The notes below the pieces were generated by a model. The model did not search any database, was not told the DNA's origin, and was given only the letters and a program-made list of their open reading frames with translations. Shown here one piece after another: positions 1 to 10,494 of a stretch of 64,000 bases of DNA (position 1 is its first letter; the number at the start of each line of letters is the position of its first letter). Source of the stretch: an uncultured delta proteobacterium (GTDB taxonomy: Bacteria; Myxococcota_A; Polyangia; Polyangiales; Polyangiaceae). The position numbers were made by a program, and so were the translations under genes. The stretch lies in NCBI GenBank assembly GCA_963806225.1, contig CAWDXG010000004.1, forward strand, positions 288,001-352,000, in the 5' to 3' direction.

Positions 1-458
1 GGCCTTGAGCTGGAGCCTGCTGTGCGTCAATTCGACGATCTTGAACCAGCGGCCCCACGTGGCGCCCCCGGGCTCGACCGGCCAGCTCTTCTTGTCCGGA
101 AGCACCCAGCCCTTCTTCCGGCGCTCCGCGCGCCATTCGGTGTCGGCGTCCTCCATGTCGAGCTCGCCCTTGGAGATGTCCCAATCCCCTTTCCACTCGT
201 GCCACTCGTCGGGGACCCTGACGGGTTTGTCGTGCAGCATGACCTCCGAGTCGTAGCCCGGGATGCGCCGGACGAAGACGTATCGACCGTCCGCCGCGAA
301 CTTCACGGCCTCGAGAACCGGAGTCGGGAAACCGTCTACCTTGACCTGGTCCCCCGGCAGCTCGTCGCGGGGATTCCAGGTGACCGTAGCTCTTGCCTTC
401 GACAGCTGCGCGTCGGGCCGACCGCTTTCAATGGCGGACGGTTCGTCGCGTGTTGCGC
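1..458 (-). CDS. Partial hypothetical protein, runs off the window edge; no clear start of its own
   Basis: Own translation of the minus strand gives an open, protein-like frame (...FAADGRYVFVRRIPGYDSEVMLHDKPVRVPDEWHEWKGDWDISKG...FKIVELTHSRLQLKA). Confidence 0.4.
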
Positions 459-466
459 TTCTGCAG

Positions 467-600
467 GTGACCACGTCGAATGCCAAGAAGCTGTTGAACG
501 ACGCGATGGAGCTTCCGACCGAAGATCGAGCGCGCCTTGCGGCTGCGTTGTTGGTCAGTCTCGACGTTGGCGAAGATGACGACGCGGACCGGGCTTGGTG
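467..600 (+). pseudogene. N-terminal fragment of a putative addiction-module antitoxin component
   Basis: GTG467 VTTSNAKKLLNDAMELPTEDRARLAAALLVSLD...DRAW resembles the small addiction module component family; similarity stops at W. Confidence 0.55.
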
Positions 601-693
601 CACAGCGGGGTACGGCGCGCTGCGGTGCTGGAAGAGCAACGACGTGCAGCCGAGGCGCAGCTCGTCAAGCTGCACGCCCGCCAATACGACGGG

Positions 694-3240
694 CTACCGG
701 TCGGCTGTGCCCCGGCGTCGCACGGTGCGGAGGCGCGCGACAGCAGCCAGCGCGACTACCAGCATCAGCAACAGCGCTGGGGACTCGCCACTTCGAGACG
801 ATCGCACCTGGCGACAGCTGCAGCCACCGGTGGGAACCAGCTCGGGCGCATTTGGCGCGGCACCCGGGACTGATCCTTCGGGCGGGCCCGCGTCGGGCGT
901 TTCCGAGCCGGCGTCAGCTGTGGGGTCGTAGGGTGGCAGCAAGCTCCGTGTGTACACGCGCGAAGCGCCCTGGTCGGGGCCGTCGTACGCGACGCGCACG
1001 CCCAGCGCCGGGTCGGCTGCCAGCGCGGGGAATGCGCCTTGGCCCAGCGGCAGCGGGCCTTCCATGAGGTGCCCGTCCGAGTCGAGCCGTGCCGCGAAGA
1101 GCTCGTACGGATCCGAGTCTTGGGATTCCCAAGCGATCACGACTCCGTCGGGCAGACCGACCGCCGCCACCCCGCCCACGGTCCCGTCCAGAGTGAACAC
1201 ACCCGGTTCGGCAATGGCTAGCGTGTCGTCCAGACGTACCGCCTGGAAACCCAGGAACGGCATTTCGGCAACGGGATATCCGAACACGATCCAGCTCGTC
1301 CCACTCCACGCCGCGGCGCTCGCTAGCAGCGGCACGTCGTCCCTGCTCGCTAGCTCGGAACCGTCGGCGGCGAGCAGGGACCAACCGCTTCGACCGGGAG
1401 CCACGTTGCCGGAAAGATCGAAGGGACCCACGCCGTACGACACCAGATACCGCTCGCCGTCCGAGGCCAACGCATCGACCCCAAGAACAAGACCGAGCCC
1501 TGGATAGGTAGGCACGTGCCAGCTGATCGGCGTTGCGACACCGCCCTGCAGTAGGGTCCCCGAGAGCAAGTAGTCGCCTCCTGCCGATGCGGCGAAGTCC
1601 CCCCAGCTGTCCGGTAGTGCCGTAGCGCTCTCGAGCTTTCCGGCGGCGCTGAAGCGGCGCGCGACGGAGCCCCAGACCACGGCATGGTCGCTGCCGTTCG
1701 AGCACGCGACGGGTCGGGCCATATTCACCGTGGGATCGAAAGCCGCTGCCGGCGGCTGTGTGGGTTGTCCTTGAGCGGCGAGCGGTTCCACGTAGACCAC
1801 GTCACCGACCGGTTCGGTCACGGAGCTCGGCCACGCCGCCAGCCAGCCCGCATCGGTTGCCGACAGCGTCGGTGCGCCCTCCTCTGCGGGACCGTCGGTG
1901 AGCAGCACCGTGATCGCCGTGCTGCCGTCTCCGGGCAGCAGCGTACCGTAGCAATTCCAACTCGTCGTCTCCTGAGGGACTTCCGCGGGCACGCACCACG
2001 CGACAAGTTGGTTGGCGGGTCCGGCCGAGTACTCCGAGTGGTGGTCCGCATAGTCGGAAAAGGGATCGTGCACCCATCCGGCGCCGAGCTGCACCGAGCC
2101 GTCCGCCGCGATCCGCGCGCTCCCGACTGTTGCGGCCGCGTAGCTGTCCCAGCGAGCCCAGGTGATGCCGGAGCCCGTGCCGTCCCAGGAGGTCGACGCA
2201 CCGGTATACGGCGGGACGGCACTTGCCACTGTCAGGGGAGGCGTGTCGAGCGCGTGGCCGTCCGGATCGATTCGCTGGGCAAGAACGGTGTTGCCATCGA
2301 CCCACGCCAATGTCGCGCCCCAGTCCGCGGCTGAAATCGTAGCCATGGTGGGTCCGCCGATGATCGGCGTCGAATCCACGAGTGCGCCTGCGGCATCGAT
2401 GTGGAGGACTTCCGCGGCACCCGGGGACGGCCACGCACGGGTCTCGACGAGCCAGCCGGAAGCAGTCGCCGCGCTGCCGAGCACTTCGATCTGCGCGCCG
2501 AGCACGAGCCCGTCGGGATCCAGCACGCTTCCGTCCTCGGCGACGCGCGCGGCGCGCACCCGGACCGAATTTATTCCCACGCCCTCTCTCCACGTGACCA
2601 GCGCGCCGTCTGCTCCGCTCGTCGCCGTGTCGAACTCGCCAATGTCCGTCTTCAGGGACGACACAGTCCCGACGCTGGCCACGAGCGCACCGTCGGCATC
2701 AAGTGTCGCGACGTAGAGATCCGGACCCTGCTTGCCTCTCCAGGTGACGAAGTAGCGACCGCCACCGTAGGTAGTCGTCATGTACAAGGCAGGATTGGCC
2801 GGACTCGACAGGATCAATCCTTGGCCGAGCGGCGCGCCGTCGGAGCCCAGCAGTTGGGCGTGTACTCCGGCGGCGTCGGACCACGTGAGCAGTGCGTGGT
2901 CGCCGTCCGATGCGAGCAGCGGGGGATCGCCTCCAACCTGGTCGACGGTTGTGGGGGACCCAAAGCGTGATATCGGTCCGAGCAATCCGTCGCCATTGAC
3001 GCGACGATCGGCGACTCCGACGTAGGCGTCATCCCACGCGACGATCCAACCGCTCCCCGAGCGTACTGCTTGGGGATGCCACTGGATGCCCATCGCAGCC
3101 CCACTCGGCGGCTGGTCGACTGGAATCGCCTCGCCGAGCGCAAGCGCAGATCTCGTCCGGGAAGCCGGCTCGGCCGTGGCGGGACCGCACGCAGCGCACA
3201 CGCTGCACGCAACGACGGCGCACCACCCGCGGACGCTCAT
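694..3240 (-). CDS. Large secreted repeat protein with a MYXO-CTERM-like C-terminal anchor
   Basis: N-terminal signal (MSVRGWCAVVACSVCAAC), repeated beta-rich motifs, C-terminal GGCSC + hydrophobic helix + RRR; also in frame with the repeat-borne ATG at 3306. Confidence 0.75.
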   Translation of the reverse strand: MSVRGWCAVVACSVCAACGPATAEPASRTRSALALGEAIPVDQPPSGAAMGIQWHPQAVRSGSGWIVAWDDAYVGVADRRVNGDGLLGPISRFGSPTTVDQVGGDPPLLASDGDHALLTWSDAAGVHAQLLGSDGAPLGQGLILSSPANPALYMTTTYGGGRYFVTWRGKQGPDLYVATLDADGALVASVGTVSSLKTDIGEFDTATSGADGALVTWREGVGINSVRVRAARVAEDGSVLDPDGLVLGAQIEVLGSAATASGWLVETRAWPSPGAAEVLHIDAAGALVDSTPIIGGPTMATISAADWGATLAWVDGNTVLAQRIDPDGHALDTPPLTVASAVPPYTGASTSWDGTGSGITWARWDSYAAATVGSARIAADGSVQLGAGWVHDPFSDYADHHSEYSAGPANQLVAWCVPAEVPQETTSWNCYGTLLPGDGSTAITVLLTDGPAEEGAPTLSATDAGWLAAWPSSVTEPVGDVVYVEPLAAQGQPTQPPAAAFDPTVNMARPVACSNGSDHAVVWGSVARRFSAAGKLESATALPDSWGDFAASAGGDYLLSGTLLQGGVATPISWHVPTYPGLGLVLGVDALASDGERYLVSYGVGPFDLSGNVAPGRSGWSLLAADGSELASRDDVPLLASAAAWSGTSWIVFGYPVAEMPFLGFQAVRLDDTLAIAEPGVFTLDGTVGGVAAVGLPDGVVIAWESQDSDPYELFAARLDSDGHLMEGPLPLGQGAFPALAADPALGVRVAYDGPDQGASRVYTRSLLPPYDPTADAGSETPDAGPPEGSVPGAAPNAPELVPTGGCSCRQVRSSRSGESPALLLMLVVALAAVARLRTVRRRGTADR

Positions 3241-3283
3241 CCCTCCCAAGACTACCAGCGGCGTCAGGATCCCACAATCCGCG

Positions 3284-3455
3284 AGGGCCAGGAAGTCCAA
3301 CCCCATTCCCGAAGTGTACGCCTGGCCGCACAGCCGGGACAGTGGAGCGGGGGTCAACGGCGCAGATCGGCGCGGACAGGCTGGTGGAAGGGCGTAACCA
3401 CCGGGAATCAGTGGACACAACGCCCAGACTGCGAAGTCGTCCCCGGGCTATGCTG
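3284..3455. repeat. 172-bp array repeat copy 1 (most diverged: 4 substitutions)
   Basis: AGGGCCAGGAAGTCCAACCCCATTCCCG...CCCCGGGCTATGCTG, compared directly with copies 5-8. Confidence 0.97.
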
Positions 3456-3682
3456 GAGAGTGATGTGGGGCAACCAGGAGCAACGAGCAGAGGGCGTTCA
3501 TCCTACCTACGCGCACGCTGCCGCTCGCGTTCATTTCGTAGCCTCGGATCTGGATGGGCTGCGATGTGCGGAAAGTCGACATGAGCCCGCCACCTAGCAC
3601 GGAAACAAGCAACCGGGGCAGTCTCCGATCCGATCCCACTGGAACGGTTGCAGCACGGAGACAGCGAGCGTTTCATCATGGG

Positions 3683-5745
3683 ATGCAACGCTCGCTACAA
3701 CGGGCTTTCCTCGTCCTGTGTTGGCTCGCCCCGCTGTGGCTGGCGGCCTGCTCGTCATCTCCTTCCGCCGGGGGCCACCACGGCAGCGGCGGAGCGGCGG
3801 AAGCGGTGGAAGCGGTGGAAGCGGCGGAACGCCGCCCGGTCCACCATATTCAGGACCGCCCGGCGCGTGGGTGAATCCGACTCCCGATCCGATCCCGCGC
3901 GCCTGGCCTAGCGCGCTCATGGAGATCGCAGCGGTCGACAACGTCACCCGCAACAAGTTGGTCGTGTTCCCGTTCGAGGGGCCTTCCCTCGAGATCTGGG
4001 ACTGGGACGGCACATCGGCAACGTTCAACGACCGGACTCCGGCGGCGTTGCCGGCGGGCTGGCCAGATGGCACCGGCAACCCCTATTTCTCCGCGTACGA
4101 TCCCACGCACAAGATGGCGGTCCTGTTCGGCGACGCGGACATCGACAAGAACAACACGTTGAGCCCCGCCACGGCCACCATCGAGTACGAGCCGGCGAGC
4201 GGGAAGCTCACGCCCGTAGCCTACGAGAATCCTCCGCTGTCATGGCCGCAGCCGGGCGATGTCCTCCAGATGTTCCATGACAGCACCCTGGGTGGCGTCA
4301 TGCTGGACAGCGGATTCCAGCTGTCCATCTGGGACCCCGCCCAGAAGACCTGGAAGAAGAGCACTGCGGTCGCCACACCACCCTCGAGCGTGGATATCTT
4401 CGGCGTTCGCGCCCACGACACGCAGCGGCGCAAGCTGTACAGCTTCGTGGCATCCGGCACCGCGATAAAGATCAGCGAGCTCGACATCGCTACCGGCACC
4501 TGGTCCGCACACGCTCCGGCGAGCTGCCCCGACGGCACCAATTTGTGGGACGCGACCTATGACCCCACGCGTGACCGCGTGGTCCTGACCACAGTCGACA
4601 CGTCGTCGGTGGCGGCGACGTTCGAGTGGGATCCCGTGAGCGGCATCGCCAAGGAGATCCCGGCGGCCAATCCCAGCGACCTGCCGAGTAGCTTCGTAAC
4701 CTCCACGGGCGTCAGCACGAACTTGTTCGACAAGGGCTCGGGGCACGTGACCGAGCTCATCATCCCGGATCGCAAGAGCGCGGACGACACCTACCTGGGC
4801 CAGGTCCTGACCTGGGACGGCGCGAAGTGGACGCGGCAGCGCGGAGCGCACCTCCAGCTGCCCTGGCTGGATCCGCCGAACATCGACTACCCGCTCTCGC
4901 TCGCGTACGACCCCGCAGCGCAGCGCAGCGTTTCCTTTGCGGTGTCGCGCGCGGGCGAGCCGATGGGCTCGACCCTGGACTGGGACGGCAAGGCATGGAG
5001 CGATATCACGTCCTCCGACCCGAAGCAGTCTCCTCCTGTCCGGGACACCACCGCAATGACGTACGACGCTTCCCGCAAGCGCATAGTGCTGTTCGGAGGC
5101 GTGGGGTCGGATTTCTCGCGCTTCAACGACCTCTGGGAATGCGACGTCGCGACAGGGCAATGGACGAATCGTACGCCCAACCCGCTGCCCGCGGAGTGGC
5201 CGACCGACGGCCCGGCGGCGCTGGTCTACGATCCCGCCACCAAGATGGTCCTGCTCGTGAACAACGACGCCGAGAGCACCTGGGGCTGGGACGACGCAAC
5301 GGGAAAGATGACGCGCCTGGTAGTGGGCGCGTACCCCTATGAACCCCTGGGGGCCGACACGTGGTCACTGGTCTACGACGCGCGGCGCAAGCTCCCGGTG
5401 CTGATCGACAGCGAGTCCCGGCTCCATCTCTGGACGTTCGACCGAACGCAAATGGAGTGGGCCCGGATCGAGCCGGCTCAAGGCTCCCAGTTCCCGATCA
5501 TCGCGGCGCGGGCCAGCGCGTACGATCCGGTGCGGGACGAGATCGTCGTGGCGGGCAGCGACGCGATCTGGGCGTTCAACCTGTCGACGAGCACGTGGTC
5601 CAACCAGACGCCGGCGCCGCTGCCCGCGTGGTGGCCGGACACCAACGTCATCGAACCCATGAACGGGGCGGACTACGACTCCGCGCGCGGTCGCTTCGTC
5701 CTCTTGTTGAGCAACGGGACGACGGTCGAACGCCCGTCGAAGTAA
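3683..5745 (+). CDS. Lipoprotein with kelch/beta-propeller-like repeats (frameshift near 3790)
   Basis: MQRSLQRAFLVLCWLAPLWLAAC lipobox in one frame; the GGS linker and YDxxR..W repeats continue in the 3718..5745 frame. Confidence 0.7.
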
Positions 5746-5763
5746 CGCCTCCCCCTGCCGCGG

Positions 5764-6249
5764 CTACGTGCGGGGGACGCGGGCGCCACCTTCGGCCCGC
5801 CGCTTGCGGATATCGGCGACCAGCGACCTGAGCCCCAGCGCGGCGAGGACGAGCCCTCCCAGCAGAGGAAGGATGGCCGTCAGCTCCTGCGGCTCCATGA
5901 CCGCGTCAGCGGGGTCGGCCGGGTCGTAGCGGATGGTGATCTGCTTCTTCTCGCGAAGCTGGCGGGCCTTCGCCAGCGCTTCCGGCTTCTCGTCCCAGTC
6001 CGATCCGAGCTCGCCGGTGCGGAACTGGTTCTGGGAGTAGCGCTTGCCGTGAACGGTGTAGTGGTATCGCCTCCGGACTTCCCAGTACCAGGGGTTCGTG
6101 CCGGTCGCGGCGCTGAGAGTGTGGATTTGGACGACGTGCACGCTGTCGATGTGGGCCGGCGCGGTGGGCCACTTGCGCTGGATGATGGCCCACCTGAAAT
6201 AGACGATACCGACGATCGCCAGCGCGAGGGCCAGGAAGTCCAACCCCAT
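5764..6249 (-). CDS. DUF3592-like membrane protein whose first 8 codons (MGLDFLAL) come from repeat copy 2
   Basis: TM helix, W, Y.YTVHGKRY, ITIRYDPADPADAV, C-terminal TM. Confidence 0.7.
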   Translation of the reverse strand: MGLDFLALALAIVGIVYFRWAIIQRKWPTAPAHIDSVHVVQIHTLSAATGTNPWYWEVRRRYHYTVHGKRYSQNQFRTGELGSDWDEKPEALAKARQLREKKQITIRYDPADPADAVMEPQELTAILPLLGGLVLAALGLRSLVADIRKRRAEGGARVPRT

Positions 6250-6399
6250 TCCCGAAGTGTACGCCTGGCGGCAGAGCCGGGACAGTGGAGCGGGGGTCAA
6301 CGGCGCGGATCGGCGCGGACAGGCTGGTGGAAGGGCGTAACCACCGGGAATCAGTGGACATAACGCCCAGACTGCGAAGTCGTCCCCGGGCCTATGCTG
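6227..6399. repeat. Array repeat copy 2 (173 bp, extra C near the right end)
   Basis: Direct sequence match. Confidence 0.97.
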
Positions 6400-6896
6400 A
6401 CGAGGTGAAACAGCAGACGTTCGAGCTGCTCGCCAAGATGGAGCGCGAGCTGCAGGTGAACTTCCTGTCGCGCCGCTCGCCCGAGCTGAACCGGGTGATG
6501 AACGTCTACTCCTCGGTGCTGATGGACTTCATGCAGCAGCACCTGCCGCCGCGCGTGGAGCAGATGGCCAAGGTGACGATCCGCGCGGCAGAAACGGCGC
6601 GTCAGCCCAACAGCGTGGGCTACAAGGTGCTCGCCGATCGCTTCCCCGAGTTCCGCACGGAGTGGGAACGCCTGCTCATGCAGCAGATGGTCTACTACTG
6701 CGGCGACGAGCTGATGGCGCGGCTCAGGGGCGGCGAAGAGCACTTCCACGAAGAGACGGTGAAGTTCTTCACCGATCCGCACATTTTCAGCGAGACCTGC
6801 GGGGTGTTGTGCGACTCGCTGTACGACTTCCTGTGTCTGGAAGGCTTCCTCGACCTGCCCGTCGACTGGCGGGTGAAGCTGGGGCGCGAGGGCTAG
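6400..6896 (+). pseudogene. C-terminal fragment of an unknown helical protein, truncated by the repeat
   Basis: Protein-like frame DEVKQQTFELLAK...LPVDWRVKLGREG begins abruptly at the repeat edge. Confidence 0.65.
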
Positions 6897-6920
6897 CGGC
6901 GCTCGGCCTTCCGGCAGGCG

Positions 6921-9395
6921 CTAGCCGCAGCTGCCGTGGCAGGCGAAGCCGATCGGCCCGCCACACTCGCAGCAGTAGTTGCCGTTGCTGCAGGTGTAGC
7001 AGCAGCAGCCGGCGTGCCCGGCCATGTCGCAGTTCAGCGTCGAGCCGGCCGCGGGCGGGTCGCAGACCAGACAGCTCGAGCCACAGTGGTTCGGGTCGTC
7101 GTTCGCGTAGCAGCCGCCGCACTTTTCCGAGTAGTTCGACGGGTAGCAGCCGCCGCAGATCTTCTGCTCCGAGTCGAAGCAGGAGTAGTCGCAGCTGCCG
7201 CTCGCGCAGGTCGGATAGCCGTTGGAGGGCGCGCTGCACGACGAGCAACTCGACCCGCACGCGCTCACGTCGCCGGGCTGGGTGCAGCTCTGGTCGGGGC
7301 AGACCAGCGCGCTCTGCGCGCTGCAGCCACCGCCCTGGCAGGTCACCGCGGCCACGTAGTCGATCTCGTTGCCGCGGTTGTCCCAGTTGGATAGCTGCGT
7401 GTCGCAGATCAGCGCGTAGCGCATGCGCGCGTCCACCGTCACGGTGACATCGCCGAACGCGCTCGTCTGCGGCGGCGTGGCGCTGCCCACCTTGGTATAC
7501 GTCCCTGCCTGGTTGCCCTTCTGGTAGTCCTCGGTCGCGACCCAGACGCTGAGCGGCACCGCAACCGAGCAGCCGTTGAAGACGGTGGTGCACGACGACC
7601 CGCAGGCGCTCTGCACCGAGCGGGCGTGGATGCGCAGGCGCCGGACGTAGTCGACCGTGCCGAAGTCGACCTTCAGGCAGTTGTCCAGGCTGCGCGAGCA
7701 CGCATAGGTGTCCGGAATCGTCGCTCCGCTGTCGTCCTGCGCAAGCACACCGGATGCGTTGCACACGCAGGACGACGACTTGCCGCTGGCGGCGACGGGA
7801 GCCACCTCGACCACGCTCTCGTCCGTCTGGCCGTTGCAGTTGTTGTCGATGTTGTCGTCGCACAGCTCGGGCGCGCCCGGATAGGTCGTCGGGTCGGTGT
7901 CGTCGCAGTCGTCACCGCCCGTGGCCTGGGAGGCATGGCCGTCGCCGTCGCCGTCTGTCCCGTCGACGCCGTCGCAGTTCTCGTCGACGCCGTCGATACT
8001 GGTATCGGCAACTCCGGGGTGGATGGCCGGATCACCGTCGTTGCAGTCGGTGCCGCCCGAAGCCGTGGAAGCGTACCCGTCGCCATCGGCGTCCACGCCG
8101 TCGAGGCCATCACAGTTCTGGTCGACTCCGTCGCCCACCGTGTCGGTCGCGCCCGGGTAGGTGTTCGGATCGGAATCGTTGCAGTCGTCGCCGCCACTGG
8201 GCACCGACGCATGGCCGTCGCCATCGGCGTCCATGCCGTCGACGCCGTCGCAGTTCTCGTCCACGCCGTCGCCCACCGTGTCCGCCACGCCCGGATCGAT
8301 GTTCGGGTCGCCGTCGTTGCAGTCCGGACCGCCCGACGCCGCCGACGCATAGCCGTCCTTGTCCGCGTCGACGCCGTCCACGCCGTCGCAGTTCTGGTCC
8401 ACGCCGTCGCCTACGCTGTCCGGAGCGCCCGGATAGACCGTCGGGTCGTTGTCGTTGCAGTCGCTGCCGCCGGAGGCGGGAGCCAGCACGCCGTCGCCAT
8501 CAACGTCCACGCCGTCCACGCCGTCGCAGTTCTGGTCGACTCCGTCGCCCAGCGGATTGACCGCGCCGGGATGGACGCTGGCATCGAGGTCGTTGCAGTC
8601 GGTGCCTCCCGACGCCAACGACGCGTACCCGTCGCCGTCCGCATCCATGCCGTCCACGCCGTCGCAGTTCTCGTCCACGCCGTCGCCCACCGTGTCCGCC
8701 ACGCCCGGATGGATGTTCGGGTCGCCATCGTTGCAGTCCGGACCGCCCGACGCCGCCGACGCGTAGCCGTCGCCGTCCGCGTCGACGCCGTCCTTGCCGT
8801 CGCAGTTCTGGTCCACACCGTCGCCGAACGTGTCGGTAGCGCCGGGATAGGTCGCCGGATCGCCGTCGTTGCAGTCGTCGCCGCCCGATGCCTTGGACGC
8901 GTGGCCATCGCCGTCCGCGTCGGTGCCGTCCACGCCGTCGCAGTTCTCGTCCACGCCGTCGCCCACGGTATCCGGAACGCCAGGCTTGATGTTCGGGTCG
9001 TTGTCGTTGCAGTCGGTGCCGCCACTCTGCGTGCTCGCCACGCCGTCGCCGTCGTGGTCCACGCCGTCCACGCCGTCGCAGTTCTCGTCGACGCCGTTGC
9101 CGACCTGGTCGAAGTCGTCACCCCAGCAGTACGTGCCGCCGCTGCCGCCATTACCGCCGCTGCCGGCCGTGCCCGCGCTGCCGCCGCTGCCCGCACTCCC
9201 TCCGGTCCCCGCACCACTGCTGCCACCGCTTGCAGCCGAGCCGCCACTGCCGCCGCCAGCCCCTGCCCCACCAGCGCCGCTGCCGCCGGCTGCAGGGCTA
9301 CCGCCGCTGCCGCTCAGCTGCGTGCTCCCGCTCGACGAGCATCCTCCTACCACTACGGTCAGCGCAAACAGCGCACACACCGCCAGGCGCGTCAT
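6921..9395 (-). CDS. Lipoprotein with about 10 MopE-related/putative metal-binding repeats and a Cys-rich C-terminus
   Basis: Lipobox VVVGGC, Gly-Ser linker, repeated DCNDxDP...GDGVDxNCDG. Confidence 0.85.
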   Translation of the reverse strand: MTRLAVCALFALTVVVGGCSSSGSTQLSGSGGSPAAGGSGAGGAGAGGGSGGSAASGGSSGAGTGGSAGSGGSAGTAGSGGNGGSGGTYCWGDDFDQVGNGVDENCDGVDGVDHDGDGVASTQSGGTDCNDNDPNIKPGVPDTVGDGVDENCDGVDGTDADGDGHASKASGGDDCNDGDPATYPGATDTFGDGVDQNCDGKDGVDADGDGYASAASGGPDCNDGDPNIHPGVADTVGDGVDENCDGVDGMDADGDGYASLASGGTDCNDLDASVHPGAVNPLGDGVDQNCDGVDGVDVDGDGVLAPASGGSDCNDNDPTVYPGAPDSVGDGVDQNCDGVDGVDADKDGYASAASGGPDCNDGDPNIDPGVADTVGDGVDENCDGVDGMDADGDGHASVPSGGDDCNDSDPNTYPGATDTVGDGVDQNCDGLDGVDADGDGYASTASGGTDCNDGDPAIHPGVADTSIDGVDENCDGVDGTDGDGDGHASQATGGDDCDDTDPTTYPGAPELCDDNIDNNCNGQTDESVVEVAPVAASGKSSSCVCNASGVLAQDDSGATIPDTYACSRSLDNCLKVDFGTVDYVRRLRIHARSVQSACGSSCTTVFNGCSVAVPLSVWVATEDYQKGNQAGTYTKVGSATPPQTSAFGDVTVTVDARMRYALICDTQLSNWDNRGNEIDYVAAVTCQGGGCSAQSALVCPDQSCTQPGDVSACGSSCSSCSAPSNGYPTCASGSCDYSCFDSEQKICGGCYPSNYSEKCGGCYANDDPNHCGSSCLVCDPPAAGSTLNCDMAGHAGCCCYTCSNGNYCCECGGPIGFACHGSCG

Positions 9396-9473
9396 AAGCT
9401 ACCTCCAGCCCGGGCAGGATATCACGTCGAGTGCTGGAGCGCGTTGCGGGCCGGTTCTGCTAGCCTTTCCCGC

Positions 9474-9692
9474 ATGAAGCTGCGCCGGGTCCTGCTCTCT
9501 CTCTGCACCGCCGGGGGGCTCTTGATCGCCGCTCAGGCGCGGGCCGACTCGCTCGTGCCGGCCCAGGGCCAGCCCGGCTACGACGCTGCGCTGGCGCACA
9601 AGGCCGACGACTACGGACGCGTGATCCACGCCATCATGACGCCATCGCTCGGCTGGGGGCTCGAAGCGGACATCGGCGACCCCGACAACCGG
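9474..9692 (+). pseudogene. N-terminal fragment of a secreted protein, cut by repeat copy 3
   Basis: MKLRRVLLSLCTAGGLLIAAQARA signal peptide; the frame runs into the repeat. Confidence 0.65.
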
Positions 9693-9865
9693 AGGGCCAG
9701 GAAGTCCAACCCCATTCCCGAAGTGTACGCCTGGCGGCAGAGCCGGGACAGTGGAGCGGGGGTCAACGGCGCGGATCGGCGCGGACAGGCTGGTGGAAGG
9801 GCGTAACCACCGGGAATCAGTGGACATAACGCCCAGACTGCGAAGTCGTCCCCGGGCCTATGCTG
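9693..9865. repeat. Array repeat copy 3 (173 bp, same extra C as copy 2)
   Basis: Direct sequence match. Confidence 0.97.
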
Positions 9866-10354
9866 AACAAGGGCATCATGAACGGCGTCGATACCGTGGT
9901 GCTCGCCACCGGCAACGACTTCCGCGCCGTGGAAGCCGGCGCTCACGCTTTCGCCGCGCGCTCCGGCCGCTACGCGCCGCTCGCGGTGTGGCGCCGCGAC
10001 GGCGACGACCTGATCGGCGAGCTCGAGATGCCGCTCGCGCTCGGCACGGTCGGCGGCACCCTGCGCGTGCATCCCGGCGCCCGGCTCGCACTGGAGCTAA
10101 TGGGCGTTACGGAAGCCTCCGATCTCATCATGACCGCCGCCTCCGTCGGCCTCGCCTCGAACCTCGCCGCGCTGCGCGCGCTCGCCACCGAAGGCATCCA
10201 GCGCGGCCACATGTCCTTGCACGCCCGCTCCGTAGCCATCGCCGCGGGCGCCACCGGCGACGAAGTCGAACAGGTTGCCGGCGCGATCTGCGACGCCGGC
10301 AACGTCACTGTGGAAGCGGCGGAGGCGGAGCTGGCAAAGCTGCGCGGTGCGTAG
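9860..10354 (+). pseudogene. mvaA: C-terminal fragment of class II HMG-CoA reductase
   Basis: [34 protein letters not shown] motifs; begins at NKGIMNG right after the repeat. Confidence 0.9.
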
Positions 10355-10494
10355 CGGCACAAGCGCTGGATTAGCGGCACAAGGGCGCGCTTCGCTCGAC
10401 CCTCCTGCGATCGAAATGCGCCGCCCGATCATCGCTGCCGTTACTGGTAGAATCCGGTATCATGGGTCCTGGTGGAACAACCTATGGGGTGGTC

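Noticed and set aside
6285..6399. Recurrent ORF starts MERGSTARIGAD..., MSTDSRWLRPS..., MTPAPLSRLC...
   Set aside because: These are translations of the repeat itself with different continuations at each copy; there is no evidence of a conserved encoded protein.
7626..9473. Long antisense ORFs opposite real genes (here and throughout the window)
   Set aside because: Shadow frames typical of high-GC coding DNA.
9863..9870. IS91-type GAAC target tetranucleotide at the right repeat junctions
   Set aside because: Present at only 2 of 8 junctions (copies 3 and 7); only the single A after TATGCTG is consistent.
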